NCBI GenBank assembly: GCA_963977445.1
Contig: CAXBPH010000051.1
Location: 1 to 32,483 of the forward strand
DNA length: 32,483 nucleotides
Direction of reading: 5' to 3'
Source of the DNA: an uncultured bacterium
GTDB taxonomy: Bacteria; Hydrogenedentota; Hydrogenedentia; Hydrogenedentales; JAEUWI01
The stretch's first letter is position 1. Each line of letters opens with the position of its first letter. This document shows positions 9,227-18,404 of this stretch, one piece after another. The position numbers and the translations under genes are program-made. Under the pieces are notes generated by a model. The model had not been told where the DNA came from. It ran no database searches and worked only from the letters and a program-made list of their open reading frames with translations.

Positions 9227-10927
9227 TTATTTGATTGCCCTGCTCTTCCTGCGCCCGCCCGAGGACTCCTCTTTTACGTCGCGGATCACCGCCGGATCTT
9301 TTTCCGGTATCACGCGCGTATCTTCCACAAATACCATCACCAGATCCCGAGTTTCGCCGCCTCCCGTATCTCCTCCATCGTCGACCAGATCCTCCCCCAC
9401 CGAGTACAACGTGAATCCCCCCTCCACCACCCGGTAGCCCAAGGGAGTACCCGTGAACGGATCCCCACCAACGGCCGCTACCAAGTCAACATCCAAGGCA
9501 TCCAACGTTTTCGGCAGGACGCCGCGTTCCTGGCGGTAGATCTCGATTAGCATGGCCAGACGGACACAACGGAGCCTCGCTTCGAAGCCGATAAAATCGT
9601 CCGTATAGTCTTCCAAATCAAAGGGTGGAAACCCAATGTAGTGCGGCGGCGGGTGAGAATCTGGATAGGCGAGCAGCGTGAGAAGATCGCGTGAACTGAG
9701 TGGTGCGTACGAGAATGTTCGATCGGGCAAATACGTTCTTCGCTCCCACCAGAAATCTGAATCCAACCGCGTAAGTCTGCCTGCGATGTGATTGATGACA
9801 TCCTCTTTCCATGGCAGGTTCGGATGCAAGGGAGTGCCGGTCATGTGCCCCCCTTTCTGGACAAAGGGTTGTCGTTGCGCGGCCTTCGCGTACCGCTCCG
9901 GCCAAGACATATTGTGCTCACTCAGAATTTCTGTGTAATGCTGCATGCGCTGGAGAATGTGCCGCCTTCCAAGACTCGGCACGCCGGGGCAGAATCTGAG
10001 ATTTCGGTAGCACCGCGCATACGTTGGGACGATAGGCTCCATGAAGTCTTTCAGCTCAAGTTCGCCCCGATAATAGTGCTCCAGAAAACGGCGTTCGCGA
10101 ACGCGAGCACCTATAATTAAGTCGCGAAAGCAATTGGCGAAATCGATGGATGTGTACCCAACGGCCAACTCCTTAAGCACAGATGGCGGAGTCTCATCAG
10201 TCACGATAGCCCGACGCATCACTTGTAGTGCCCGGCGCAGAATACCTACCCTGATAACGGCTACAGTTCCTGGTATCCCGGAAAGGGAATTCGCCATGTG
10301 AAGCATTTGAAACTGGCTGTGAGAAAAGCTATCCCAGTCCTTTTCATGTACAGCGACCACGCCTTGGAGGCACAGCAGTCGTTCGAAGTTTCTCAGTCCC
10401 GAGTGAGGGAACGCGCGCCCCCCCGTACCATCGTAGACACTCAGGTCAACCGGATATCGAAACGTTGTATAGTCCAATGCGCCCGCTGCTACAGTGAAAA
10501 CGGATTCTCGCTCGTCTAAGTAAACGTGGGCTTGGGCAAGCGTTTCGAGTGTATAGTCGTCTCCCAGCAAACTTGTCATCAACGTCAAGTCTTCCCCATC
10601 GCACGCTCCCGCGTCCTCAAGGTCCGACAGCAGCTTGAAAGCCTCCATATAGACGAGGGCCCCGTTTTCTTCGTCGTCCACCTGGGGATAATATTCATCT
10701 AATTCCGCCAACGTAGCGGGCTCACCTTTGGCACGTATTTCGGCTTCGAGTTTGCTGAAATCACGTTCAACAAGCCAGCCAAACAGGAATATAAAAAGAA
10801 CGGCTCCGACAAGCGACACGGGAAGACATCCCAATCTTGCGGGAAAGAACCTGAAGCGCCGCCGTCGGGTAGGACATTTCGGCTCCTGAGATGGGATTGA
10901 TGTTTTCGACGCTTTGTCCGAGTCCAT
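9227..10927 (-). CDS. Hypothetical membrane-anchored protein with C-terminal GspG/pseudopilin-like motif
   Basis: Long ORF (GTG 10945 or ATG 10927). One hydrophobic segment after a basic stretch; C-terminal IEIYRQERGVLPKTL...DPFTG...YSVGEDLVDDGG. Confidence 0.75.
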   Translation of the reverse strand: MDSDKASKTSIPSQEPKCPTRRRRFRFFPARLGCLPVSLVGAVLFIFLFGWLVERDFSKLEAEIRAKGEPATLAELDEYYPQVDDEENGALVYMEAFKLLSDLEDAGACDGEDLTLMTSLLGDDYTLETLAQAHVYLDERESVFTVAAGALDYTTFRYPVDLSVYDGTGGRAFPHSGLRNFERLLCLQGVVAVHEKDWDSFSHSQFQMLHMANSLSGIPGTVAVIRVGILRRALQVMRRAIVTDETPPSVLKELAVGYTSIDFANCFRDLIIGARVRERRFLEHYYRGELELKDFMEPIVPTYARCYRNLRFCPGVPSLGRRHILQRMQHYTEILSEHNMSWPERYAKAAQRQPFVQKGGHMTGTPLHPNLPWKEDVINHIAGRLTRLDSDFWWERRTYLPDRTFSYAPLSSRDLLTLLAYPDSHPPPHYIGFPPFDLEDYTDDFIGFEARLRCVRLAMLIEIYRQERGVLPKTLDALDVDLVAAVGGDPFTGTPLGYRVVEGGFTLYSVGEDLVDDGGDTGGGETRDLVMVFVEDTRVIPEKDPAVIRDVKEESSGGRRKSRAIK

Positions 10928-11023
10928 ACGACACCCCGCTGCCACTGGTTTACTATGGATTCATGGTATCACAGATGAAGGTGAGGTTCGGTGTTGCCCG
11001 AAAACCCGAACGTCAAAAGACCT

Positions 11024-11288
11024 CACCAACAGGGGGTTGGCCATACCTGGCCGACACAACGTGGGCGTAGGCATTGGGGATTGACTGAGGTATGGGGCTC
11101 CAGCCCGGCCTCCACACGAAAAATGAATCAGCTGGCACCAAACGCGGTGGACCACACTACGACCGAAGCCTCGGAAATCTGCGGACTTCCGAGAAACTTA
11201 CAAGTGCCTTGTGGAAATCGACGCACACCTTGTGTCGGGCAAGTATGCCCCAATCCACCTCCGGCGGACTTGGAAGCCTCCTGTTGGT
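11024..11288. repeat. REP-doublet (REPIN-like) element, family B copy 2
   Basis: The reverse complement of 11024-11059 (TTGTGTCGGCCAGGTATGGCCAACCCCCTGTTGGTG) nearly matches 8926-8961. 11228-11250 (CCTTGTGTCGGGCAAGTATGCCC) plus tail CCTCCTGTTGGT (11277-11288) is the opposing arm. Interior motifs ACGCGGTG, CCGAAGCCT and TGGAAA are shared with copy 1. Confidence 0.75.
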
Positions 11289-11330
11289 ACACCTTCGGTA
11301 TCGCACTTAATCCGCAGGATCAACGCCCCC

Positions 11331-12395
11331 CTACACTTCCCCCGACGCCATGCATTCCACGCCGCGATTTCCCAAGGCACCCACGACGTAAATCAGGCCA
11401 GCAAAACGTTCGTCTTTGGTCAGTCCTTGTTTGTAGCGGTAGTAAATCTGCTGAACAATTACAGCGAGCTTAAACAGGGAGAAGACGTAGTAAAACTGGA
11501 GGTTGCTGATGTCCCGTCCCGTGAGTTCGCTGTAGCGGTGTGCCACTTCCTTTCGTGTCATCATGCCTTCTTCGTAGCTCAGGAAGCACTGGATGACGCC
11601 CAGGTCGCCGTCGTCTTTTTCTATCCAGTAGCCGAGGGTCGTGCCGAGATCCATGAGGGGATCGCCGATGGTGCACATCTCCCAATCGAGCACGCCGATG
11701 ATCTTGGTCGGGTCGTGGGCGTCGAGGACCACGTTGTCGAATTTGTAGTCGTTGTGAACCAGGGTGGCGTCGGAGTCGGCGGGGTAATTGGCCTGGAGCC
11801 ACTCCATGACCGTGTCGATCATGGGGATGTCGTCGGTCTGGGAGCCACCGTAACGCTTAATCCACCCCATGACCTGGCGCTCCACGTAGGAGCCTTCCCG
11901 GCGGAGGTCGGCGAGGCCAGCGGCGGTGTAGTCGAGGCTGTGGAGGTCGGCGAGATTTTTTACGAAGGCCTCGCAACAGCCCCGGACGGTGTCCGCGCTG
12001 GTGTCGAAACCTTTGGGCTTTTCACCCCTGAGGATGACACCACGGATGCGTTCCATGACGTAGAATTGGGCATCCATGATAGCCGGGTCGTCACAGAGTG
12101 CCAGGGGTTTGGGGGCCGCCGGATAGATGGGGTTCAGGGCGGAAAGGACCTTGTATTCCCGTCCCATATCGTGGGCCGATTTCACCTTGCTGCCAAAGGG
12201 CGGACGTCGCAAAATAAGCTCGCGATCGCCCACTGTCAGGAGGTAGGTGAGGTTGGAAAAGCCGCTGGGAAACTGGGCTACCGAAAGGGGACCATCCAAA
12301 CCGGGGATGACGTCTTTGAGATAGCGTTCCAGTTGGTCGAGGTCAAGGCCTTCGCCTTCACGAACGGCTTTTGGGGTGTCGATGGGTACGTCCAT
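11331..12395 (-). CDS. APH/choline-kinase-family phosphotransferase (ACAD10/11 kinase domain, LvaA-like)
   Basis: FPSGFSNLTY, LRRPP, AHDMGREY, LVHNDYKFDNV, VLDWEM, GDPLMDLG. RBS GAAGGA. Confidence 0.92.
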   Translation of the reverse strand: MDVPIDTPKAVREGEGLDLDQLERYLKDVIPGLDGPLSVAQFPSGFSNLTYLLTVGDRELILRRPPFGSKVKSAHDMGREYKVLSALNPIYPAAPKPLALCDDPAIMDAQFYVMERIRGVILRGEKPKGFDTSADTVRGCCEAFVKNLADLHSLDYTAAGLADLRREGSYVERQVMGWIKRYGGSQTDDIPMIDTVMEWLQANYPADSDATLVHNDYKFDNVVLDAHDPTKIIGVLDWEMCTIGDPLMDLGTTLGYWIEKDDGDLGVIQCFLSYEEGMMTRKEVAHRYSELTGRDISNLQFYYVFSLFKLAVIVQQIYYRYKQGLTKDERFAGLIYVVGALGNRGVECMASGEV

Positions 12396-12461
12396 GATTT
12401 TCCTTCACGCTGCTCTGGGGCGACCTGCCAAGACGCAGCGTATTACTTCGCCAACTTAATC

Positions 12462-12578
12462 AGGGACGGCAGCGACGCAAGGGACTTCAGGGACACTACA
12501 CGCCCAAGTCGCGCGAAACGAACCCATAGACCTGCAATACCTTATGTCTCTGTTGTCCCTGTAGTCTCTGTTGTCCCT
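12462..12578. repeat. Inverted pair of 9-bp-period tandem arrays (AGGGAC-NNN x4 ... GTCCCT/GTCTCT-NNN x4)
   Basis: AG(G/C)GAC at 12462, 12471, 12480, 12489; GTC(C/T)CT at 12546, 12555, 12564, 12573. Arms are 33 bp each, 51 bp apart. Confidence 0.85.
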
Positions 12579-12622
12579 CAAAGCCATCGGCTGTTGTCGA
12601 CAGGCTATAGCTATCTTCCAAA

Positions 12623-12650
12623 ATTCACTATTCACCATTCACTATTCATC
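12623..12650. repeat. Heptamer tandem repeat (ATTCACT-like x4) overlapping the acyl-CoA dehydrogenase stop codon
   Basis: ATTCACT ATTCACC ATTCACT ATTCATC at 12623, 12630, 12637, 12644. Confidence 0.8.
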
Positions 12651-13847
12651 CATCTGTGCTCGAAACAATTCCAGAATCCGTTTGCCGGCCGACATCTTGT
12701 GCACTTCGTCGGGGCCATCGTAAATCCGGCTGGCCCGCTCGTTGCGCCAGAAGGTGGCCAGGGGAGTCCGTTCGGTGATGCCGCGGCCGCCGTGCAACTG
12801 GATGGCCCGATCGAGGACCTTCATCATGACGTTGGGCACGAAAAACTTGATGAGGGATATTTCCACCCGGGCTTCTTTCGCGCCGAGACGGTCGATGGTG
12901 TCGGCGGCCTGTAACACCATGAGGCGGGCCGCGTTAATTTCGGCACGACACTCGGATATCCAGGTCTGTACAATCTGCTGAGTCGCCAGGGCTTTATCGG
13001 GGGCGACTTCCCGGGTGAGGGCCTGTTTGCACATGAGTTCGAAGGCGCGCTCACTGATGCCCACCCAACGCATGCAATGATGAATGCGGCCCGGTCCCAG
13101 CCGTTCCTGGGCAATCAGGAAGCCCGAGCCCTCTTCGCCGAGTCGGTTGGTCTGGGGCACGCGTACGTTTTCATAAAGCACTTCCGAGTGGCTGTCCCAA
13201 TCTTCGCCTCGGTGGCCCATGCAGGAAATGTTTTCGACCAGCGTAAATCCGGGGGTGTCGAGGGGAACGATAATCTGGCTCGCCCGCATGTGTTTCGGCG
13301 CATCGGGATTGGTCACCGCCATGACAATGGCGAAGTTGGCCCCATCAGCGGACGAGGTAAACCACTTGTGCCCGTTGATAATGTAATCGTCGCCATCCTT
13401 CACGGCCGTCGTGCCCATCCACGTGGGATTGGAACCGGGGTAGTCCACTTCCGTCATGGAGAAGCAACTGCGGATGTCTCCCGCGAGGAGGGGCTTGAGA
13501 TAGCGCTCCTGTTGCGCGGGCGTGCCGAATTTAATGAGAATTTCCATGTTGCCCGCATCGGGAGCCTGGCAATTGAAGACGTAGACGCCGGTGAAGGTCT
13601 TGGCGAGTTCCGCCTGGACGAGCCCATGTTCCAGGACGCTCAGCCCGAGGCCACCATGGTCCTTTTCGATTTGGGGGAGGGCCAGCCCGAGTGCCCGCAC
13701 TTTGGCGCGCTTCTCCTGGAGTATGGGCAGGACCGAGCCGAAGCCTTCATTCAAAACCTGGGGTTCCAGGGGGTACAACTCTTCTTGCACAAAGGTGCGG
13801 ACCCGCCCGAGCAGGTCTTCCATTTTCGCTGAGATGGCGAAATCCAT
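12642..13847 (-). CDS. Acyl-CoA dehydrogenase, ACAD10/11 (LvaC)-like subfamily
   Basis: FNCQAPDAGNME, CFSMTE, INGHKWFTS, AQERLGPGRIHHCMR, RIYDGPDEVH. RBS AAGGAG. Confidence 0.95.
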   Translation of the reverse strand: MDFAISAKMEDLLGRVRTFVQEELYPLEPQVLNEGFGSVLPILQEKRAKVRALGLALPQIEKDHGGLGLSVLEHGLVQAELAKTFTGVYVFNCQAPDAGNMEILIKFGTPAQQERYLKPLLAGDIRSCFSMTEVDYPGSNPTWMGTTAVKDGDDYIINGHKWFTSSADGANFAIVMAVTNPDAPKHMRASQIIVPLDTPGFTLVENISCMGHRGEDWDSHSEVLYENVRVPQTNRLGEEGSGFLIAQERLGPGRIHHCMRWVGISERAFELMCKQALTREVAPDKALATQQIVQTWISECRAEINAARLMVLQAADTIDRLGAKEARVEISLIKFFVPNVMMKVLDRAIQLHGGRGITERTPLATFWRNERASRIYDGPDEVHKMSAGKRILELFRAQMDE

Positions 13848-13949
13848 AAATCAACTCCTTCAACACCGGGGATAAGGGTAAAACTACAACGGCGTACAGG
13901 GTACATTGTTCGCCGGAGTATTCCAAAAAAAAACTTGTTATGCCTTGAC

Positions 13950-15335
13950 CTATGGCTTGGGTCGTTGCCAGGGGATAGAACCGGATTGGTTGATGTGCTC
14001 CCGCAGGGCCGCGAAGAGTGTTCCCTTCATGGGATGGTTTCCAGGAAGGGGCGTGGCTTCCATGGGGTCGTCGTCGAGGTTGTAGAGTTCCAGGGGTTCA
14101 AAGGGCGTGTTCTGGAGTAATTTCCAGGGGCCACGACGGATGGCGTAGTAGTCCTGGCCACCATGGGGACCTCCTTCGCGCCGCATCCAGATCATGGTGC
14201 GCTCCGGGTCTACCTGACCCGTGCCCATGAGCGTGGGTACGAGATTCGCGCCGTCGATATTCTGGTCATACGGTACCCGTGCCAATTCGCAGAGGGTGGG
14301 GTAGAAGTCCATGCTCATGACCGGCTCCATGTTTCGTTGTCCCGGCGCAATCTTTGCCGGCCAACTGACGCACATGGGCACCTTGATACCCCCTTCATAC
14401 ATATCCTGCTTACCCCCGCGCACGGGGCCGTTGGTCGCGCCCACGGCCAAATAGCCGCCATTGTCGGAGCAGAAAATAATCAGCGTGTCTTCATACTGCC
14501 CCGTATCCTTCAACGCCTGCACCACCTTCCCGATGCCATCGTCCATGTGCTCCGTGAGGGCCACCAGGCGTGCCCGGGCCTCGTCGATCCCCGGCTCCCG
14601 GTCCTTCACCTTTTTCAGCCAGCCCTCCGGTGGTTCGATGGGGGTGTGGGGCGCATTGTAGGCGAGGTACAGGAAGAAAGGTGCCTCAGCGGTCTGCTGA
14701 TAGTTGACGTAATCCACACTCCATTGACTGAAAATATCCGTGGCATGGCCATGGGGATACACCGGCGTATCGTTTTCCCGCATGTAGTCGATGCCATGGC
14801 GACGGTGATTCTCGTAGTCGTCCATCATGTCTCCCAGGAATCCCTGGAAATGGTCGAAGCCGCGCTCGTTGGGTTTATTCGGTGATTCCATGCCCAGATG
14901 CCACTTGCCCACCATGGCCGTGTGGTAACCACCCCGACGAAGCACAGCGGGCAGTAATTCCATATCCTGTCGGAGGTAGCCCCAATTGTTGTCCCAATAG
15001 GTGCGGATGACGCCGGGAACACCGGCCATATCGGGAAAACGCCCGCTCAAGAGGGCGGCCCGGGTCGGTGAGCACACGGGACAGTTGGCGTAGAATTGGT
15101 CGAAGCGGATACCAGCATTCATGAGTCCATCGATATGGGGCGTACGCATGTCTTTCGCACCGTGACTCGCAAGATCGCCATTGCCGAGATCGTCGACCAT
15201 GATGAGCAACATGTTGGGCAGCCCACGACGTACATCGGCGGGGCGTGCGAGCGACCGGGAGGTCACGGCCACGCAACTCGCCGCGGCGGCACACAAAAAG
15301 GCGCGGCGGGACAGGGCGTTAGATTTCCGGGACAT
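13950..15335 (-). CDS. Sulfatase (Cys-type) with twin-arginine (Tat) signal
   Basis: LSRRAFL Tat motif; PNMLLIMVDDLG, CSPTRAALLSGR, GKWHLG, SDNGG. Confidence 0.95.
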   Translation of the reverse strand: MSRKSNALSRRAFLCAAAASCVAVTSRSLARPADVRRGLPNMLLIMVDDLGNGDLASHGAKDMRTPHIDGLMNAGIRFDQFYANCPVCSPTRAALLSGRFPDMAGVPGVIRTYWDNNWGYLRQDMELLPAVLRRGGYHTAMVGKWHLGMESPNKPNERGFDHFQGFLGDMMDDYENHRRHGIDYMRENDTPVYPHGHATDIFSQWSVDYVNYQQTAEAPFFLYLAYNAPHTPIEPPEGWLKKVKDREPGIDEARARLVALTEHMDDGIGKVVQALKDTGQYEDTLIIFCSDNGGYLAVGATNGPVRGGKQDMYEGGIKVPMCVSWPAKIAPGQRNMEPVMSMDFYPTLCELARVPYDQNIDGANLVPTLMGTGQVDPERTMIWMRREGGPHGGQDYYAIRRGPWKLLQNTPFEPLELYNLDDDPMEATPLPGNHPMKGTLFAALREHINQSGSIPWQRPKP

Positions 15336-15571
15336 GGCGTGAATCCTTCCGGTCTATAAAAAAGTTTTTGCATATCAGGGGTGCCACCTACACAGACGCG
15401 AGTGCAACGAGCGGCTTTGTGGGTGTGAAACTTGCCGATTGTTTTGTTTGAATCCAAATTGGCGGCGGTCATGAACACTTGTAACATCGTCGGCAACTGG
15501 GGCATGCTAGCGAGATGTTATGGTGGGCGGAGACGCCGTGGAAAATCAAGTAGGCCAGAGAGAAGTACTCA

Positions 15572-16936
15572 ATGCGCACCCTTTTTATTCATTACACGCT
15601 TTATATGTTGTTGGTACTTGCGACGATTGGGGCCGATGCCGCCCCCAAAAATGTGGTGCTTTATGTGACCGATGATCAGGGCACCAACGATGCCGGGTGC
15701 TACGGGAATCCGGTCATCAAGACACCGGGTCTCGATAGCCTCGCCGCCGCCGGCACGCGCTTTACCCACGCCTTTTGCACCACGCCGTCGTGCAGCGCGA
15801 GTCGCTCCGTGATTTTGACGGGGCTCCACAATCACGCCAACGGCCAATACGGACACGCCCACAGCTACCACCATTTTACGACCTTTGACACGGTGAAGAG
15901 TTTGCCCAATCGCCTGCGGGAAGGCGGCTATAGAACGGCCTCCTTTGGCAAGTATCACGTGGCTCCGAAAGAGCAATACAACTTTGAATTTTGGGCCCGG
16001 GATTTTGCGGATGGCAAGGGCAATCTGCCCAGCGAACTCGCGGCGGGGGCGGATGCCTTTATTCGGGCCGACGATCCCCGTCCTTTCTTCCTCTACTTTT
16101 GCACCCTGGAGCCCCATCGCCCCTTTCGACGCACCGAGGCTGCAGCGGTGCATCCGAAAGATGTGATTGTTCCGTCATTTCTGCCCGACAATGCCGCCAC
16201 CCGACAGGAGTTGGCGGAGTACTACAGTTCCGTCGAGCAGGCCGATTCCGGGCTGGTCCGGTTGATTCAGACCCTGAAAGACACGGGGCACTGGGAAGAT
16301 ACCCTCATCATCTATATTTCGGACAACGGCATTGCTTTCCCCGGCGCCAAGACCAATGTTTACGAGCCGGGACTGCGGCTGCCCTGCGTGGTGCGCAATC
16401 CCGAATTGCCCACGGAAGGTGTGGTCACCGATGCGATGATTACTTGGGCCGACATCACCCCCACCATTCTCGAGTTTACGGGTACGCCCGCATCGGAGGC
16501 CGAATTCCATGGCCGCTCTTTCCTGTCTATACTCGGCGAAACGTCTGCCCCGGGGTGGGACAGTATTTTTGCGAGTCACACCTTTCACGAAATCACCATG
16601 TACTATCCCATGCGGGTATTGCGTGACCGGAAGTATAAGCTCATCTGGAATCTGGCCAGCGGGTTGCCCTTTCCCTTTGCCTCCGACCTCTGGGAGTCAA
16701 AGACGTGGCAGCACCTGCTCATAACCGACGCCACCCACTTTGCGAAGCGTCCCATGGAGGCCTACCTCCATCGCCCGGCTTTTGAGCTCTACGATTTGGA
16801 TGCCGATCCCGACGAGGTGCATAATCTGGCCGAAGATCCCGACTATCAGGCCCTCCTGGCTGAGATGCAAGCTCGATTGAAGGCCGAACAAGAGCGGACG
16901 AATGACCCTTGGATTCTGAAATGGGAACATGAATAG
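15572..16936 (+). CDS. Sulfatase, N-sulfoglucosamine sulfohydrolase (sulfamidase)-like
   Basis: NVVLYVTDDQG, CSASRSVILTG (CxAxR), GKYHV, EPHRPF, SDNGIAFPGAKTNVYE, HTFHEITMYYPMR. Confidence 0.92.
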   Translation: MRTLFIHYTLYMLLVLATIGADAAPKNVVLYVTDDQGTNDAGCYGNPVIKTPGLDSLAAAGTRFTHAFCTTPSCSASRSVILTGLHNHANGQYGHAHSYHHFTTFDTVKSLPNRLREGGYRTASFGKYHVAPKEQYNFEFWARDFADGKGNLPSELAAGADAFIRADDPRPFFLYFCTLEPHRPFRRTEAAAVHPKDVIVPSFLPDNAATRQELAEYYSSVEQADSGLVRLIQTLKDTGHWEDTLIIYISDNGIAFPGAKTNVYEPGLRLPCVVRNPELPTEGVVTDAMITWADITPTILEFTGTPASEAEFHGRSFLSILGETSAPGWDSIFASHTFHEITMYYPMRVLRDRKYKLIWNLASGLPFPFASDLWESKTWQHLLITDATHFAKRPMEAYLHRPAFELYDLDADPDEVHNLAEDPDYQALLAEMQARLKAEQERTNDPWILKWEHE

Positions 16937-17003
16937 CCAGTCGACCGACCGCGTTGGCCCCAGGGTGATCCGTTCGTCTGATTAACAGTCAAAGGAGAAT
17001 CTG

Positions 17004-18404
17004 GTGCGTAAACGACGTTTCATCCTTCGGGGATTGGCGGCAGTGGTGTTGTTGGTGGTAGTCGTGCTCTCCGCTTTTCTACACCAGATTGTTCTGCCCA
17101 TCATCGCAGGGTACACCGCAAAGGTCTTTACCTCGGCCTATTTTGTGGCGGGCCGACCGGAGGCCCAAATTGTCTCGGAAGATGTGGCCCAATATATCGA
17201 CTATTTCAATTGGGCCATCGACGAGGACGCGAAATCGGTCACGGTATCCTTCTATGGCCTCGCAAGTCGCACCGCCAGATTTTTTCCGGGCATTGGTGTG
17301 ACCCTGTTGCCCATTGGTGCAGATACCGTGAATTTCGACACCGCCTTTGTTCCTACGCCGATTCCTGAAAACGATAATACGGTGCCCTGGCCCGATGGGA
17401 ATGGTGCCGTTGTCGATAGCCTGGATCCCGGGGCACGCACCGCACTCGATGATTCCGTAGCGTGGGCTTTTCAGGAGCCCGGTGGCGATGTACTCCTACA
17501 AACCCGCGCGGTTCTTGTCGTTCATGAGGGTAAGCTCATTGCAGAGCGCTACGCCGAGGGAACAACCCGGGAAACGCCTCTCCTGGGTTGGTCTATGTCC
17601 AAGAGCGTGACAGCCGCGCTGGTGGGGCTGTTGGTGAAAGAGGGCAAACTCGACGTCATGCAACCGGCGCCCGTGGCCGAATGGCAGGGCCCAGAGGACC
17701 CCCGCGCGGCAATCACGCTGGACATGTTGCTGCGGATGAGCGATGGCTTGGACTATTCCGAAGACTACGCCGGACCCTTTGCCGATGTGTTGCACATGCT
17801 CTATCTGTCCGACGACTTCGGGGGCTATACCGCCTCACGTACGCTCGCGTTTCCGCCCGACACCCATTGGAACTATTCCAGCGGAACGGCCAATCTGGTT
17901 TCACGCATCGTACGCGAAGCCGTGGGGGGCACCCAATCCGACTATCTCAATTTTCCACGGGAGGCCTTGTTCAAGCCCCTGGGTATGGCAAGTGCCCTGA
18001 TGGAACCCGACCCGTCGGGAACCCTGGTGGGCTCGTCGTACACCTACGCCACTGCCCGGGATTGGGCCCGTTTCGGCCAACTCTACTTGCAGGATGGTGT
18101 CTGGAAGGGCGAGCGCCTATTGCCCGAAGGCTGGGTCGCCTACAATAGCACGCCCACATCGGATGCGCCCCGAGGTAACTACGGCGCCCACTGGTGGCTC
18201 AACGCGGGCGTGGGGGAAAAGGGGGAGAATCCGCCCATGCCGACGGCGCCGCGCGATCTGTTCTTTGCCTCGGGCCACGAGGGTCAATTTGTCATCGTGG
18301 TTCCCTCACGGAATATGGTGATCGTACGTCTTGGCCTGACGACCTCGGGTACCTTTCCCCTGCAGGAATTTATTCGACGTGTAGTCGAGGCGGTGCCGCG
18401 TTAG
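17004..18404 (+). CDS. Serine hydrolase, beta-lactamase class C/AmpC-like family, membrane-anchored
   Basis: N-terminal TM; WSMSKS (SxxK), LLRMSDGL, WNYSSG, TARDWARFGQLYL, ASGHEGQ. RBS AAGGAG before GTG. Confidence 0.92.
   Translation: MRKRRFILRGLAAVVLLVVVVLSAFLHQIVLPIIAGYTAKVFTSAYFVAGRPEAQIVSEDVAQYIDYFNWAIDEDAKSVTVSFYGLASRTARFFPGIGVTLLPIGADTVNFDTAFVPTPIPENDNTVPWPDGNGAVVDSLDPGARTALDDSVAWAFQEPGGDVLLQTRAVLVVHEGKLIAERYAEGTTRETPLLGWSMSKSVTAALVGLLVKEGKLDVMQPAPVAEWQGPEDPRAAITLDMLLRMSDGLDYSEDYAGPFADVLHMLYLSDDFGGYTASRTLAFPPDTHWNYSSGTANLVSRIVREAVGGTQSDYLNFPREALFKPLGMASALMEPDPSGTLVGSSYTYATARDWARFGQLYLQDGVWKGERLLPEGWVAYNSTPTSDAPRGNYGAHWWLNAGVGEKGENPPMPTAPRDLFFASGHEGQFVIVVPSRNMVIVRLGLTTSGTFPLQEFIRRVVEAVPR

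Noticed and set aside
12456..12638. 60-aa ORF with RDNRDYRDNRDI repeats
   Set aside because: It is the translation of the 9-bp and 7-bp DNA repeats; no independent coding evidence.
17004..18404. Antibiotic-resistance beta-lactamase call
   Set aside because: The SxxK/YxS pattern and N-terminal extension fit the broad esterase/amidase-like serine hydrolase family; resistance cannot be inferred from sequence.
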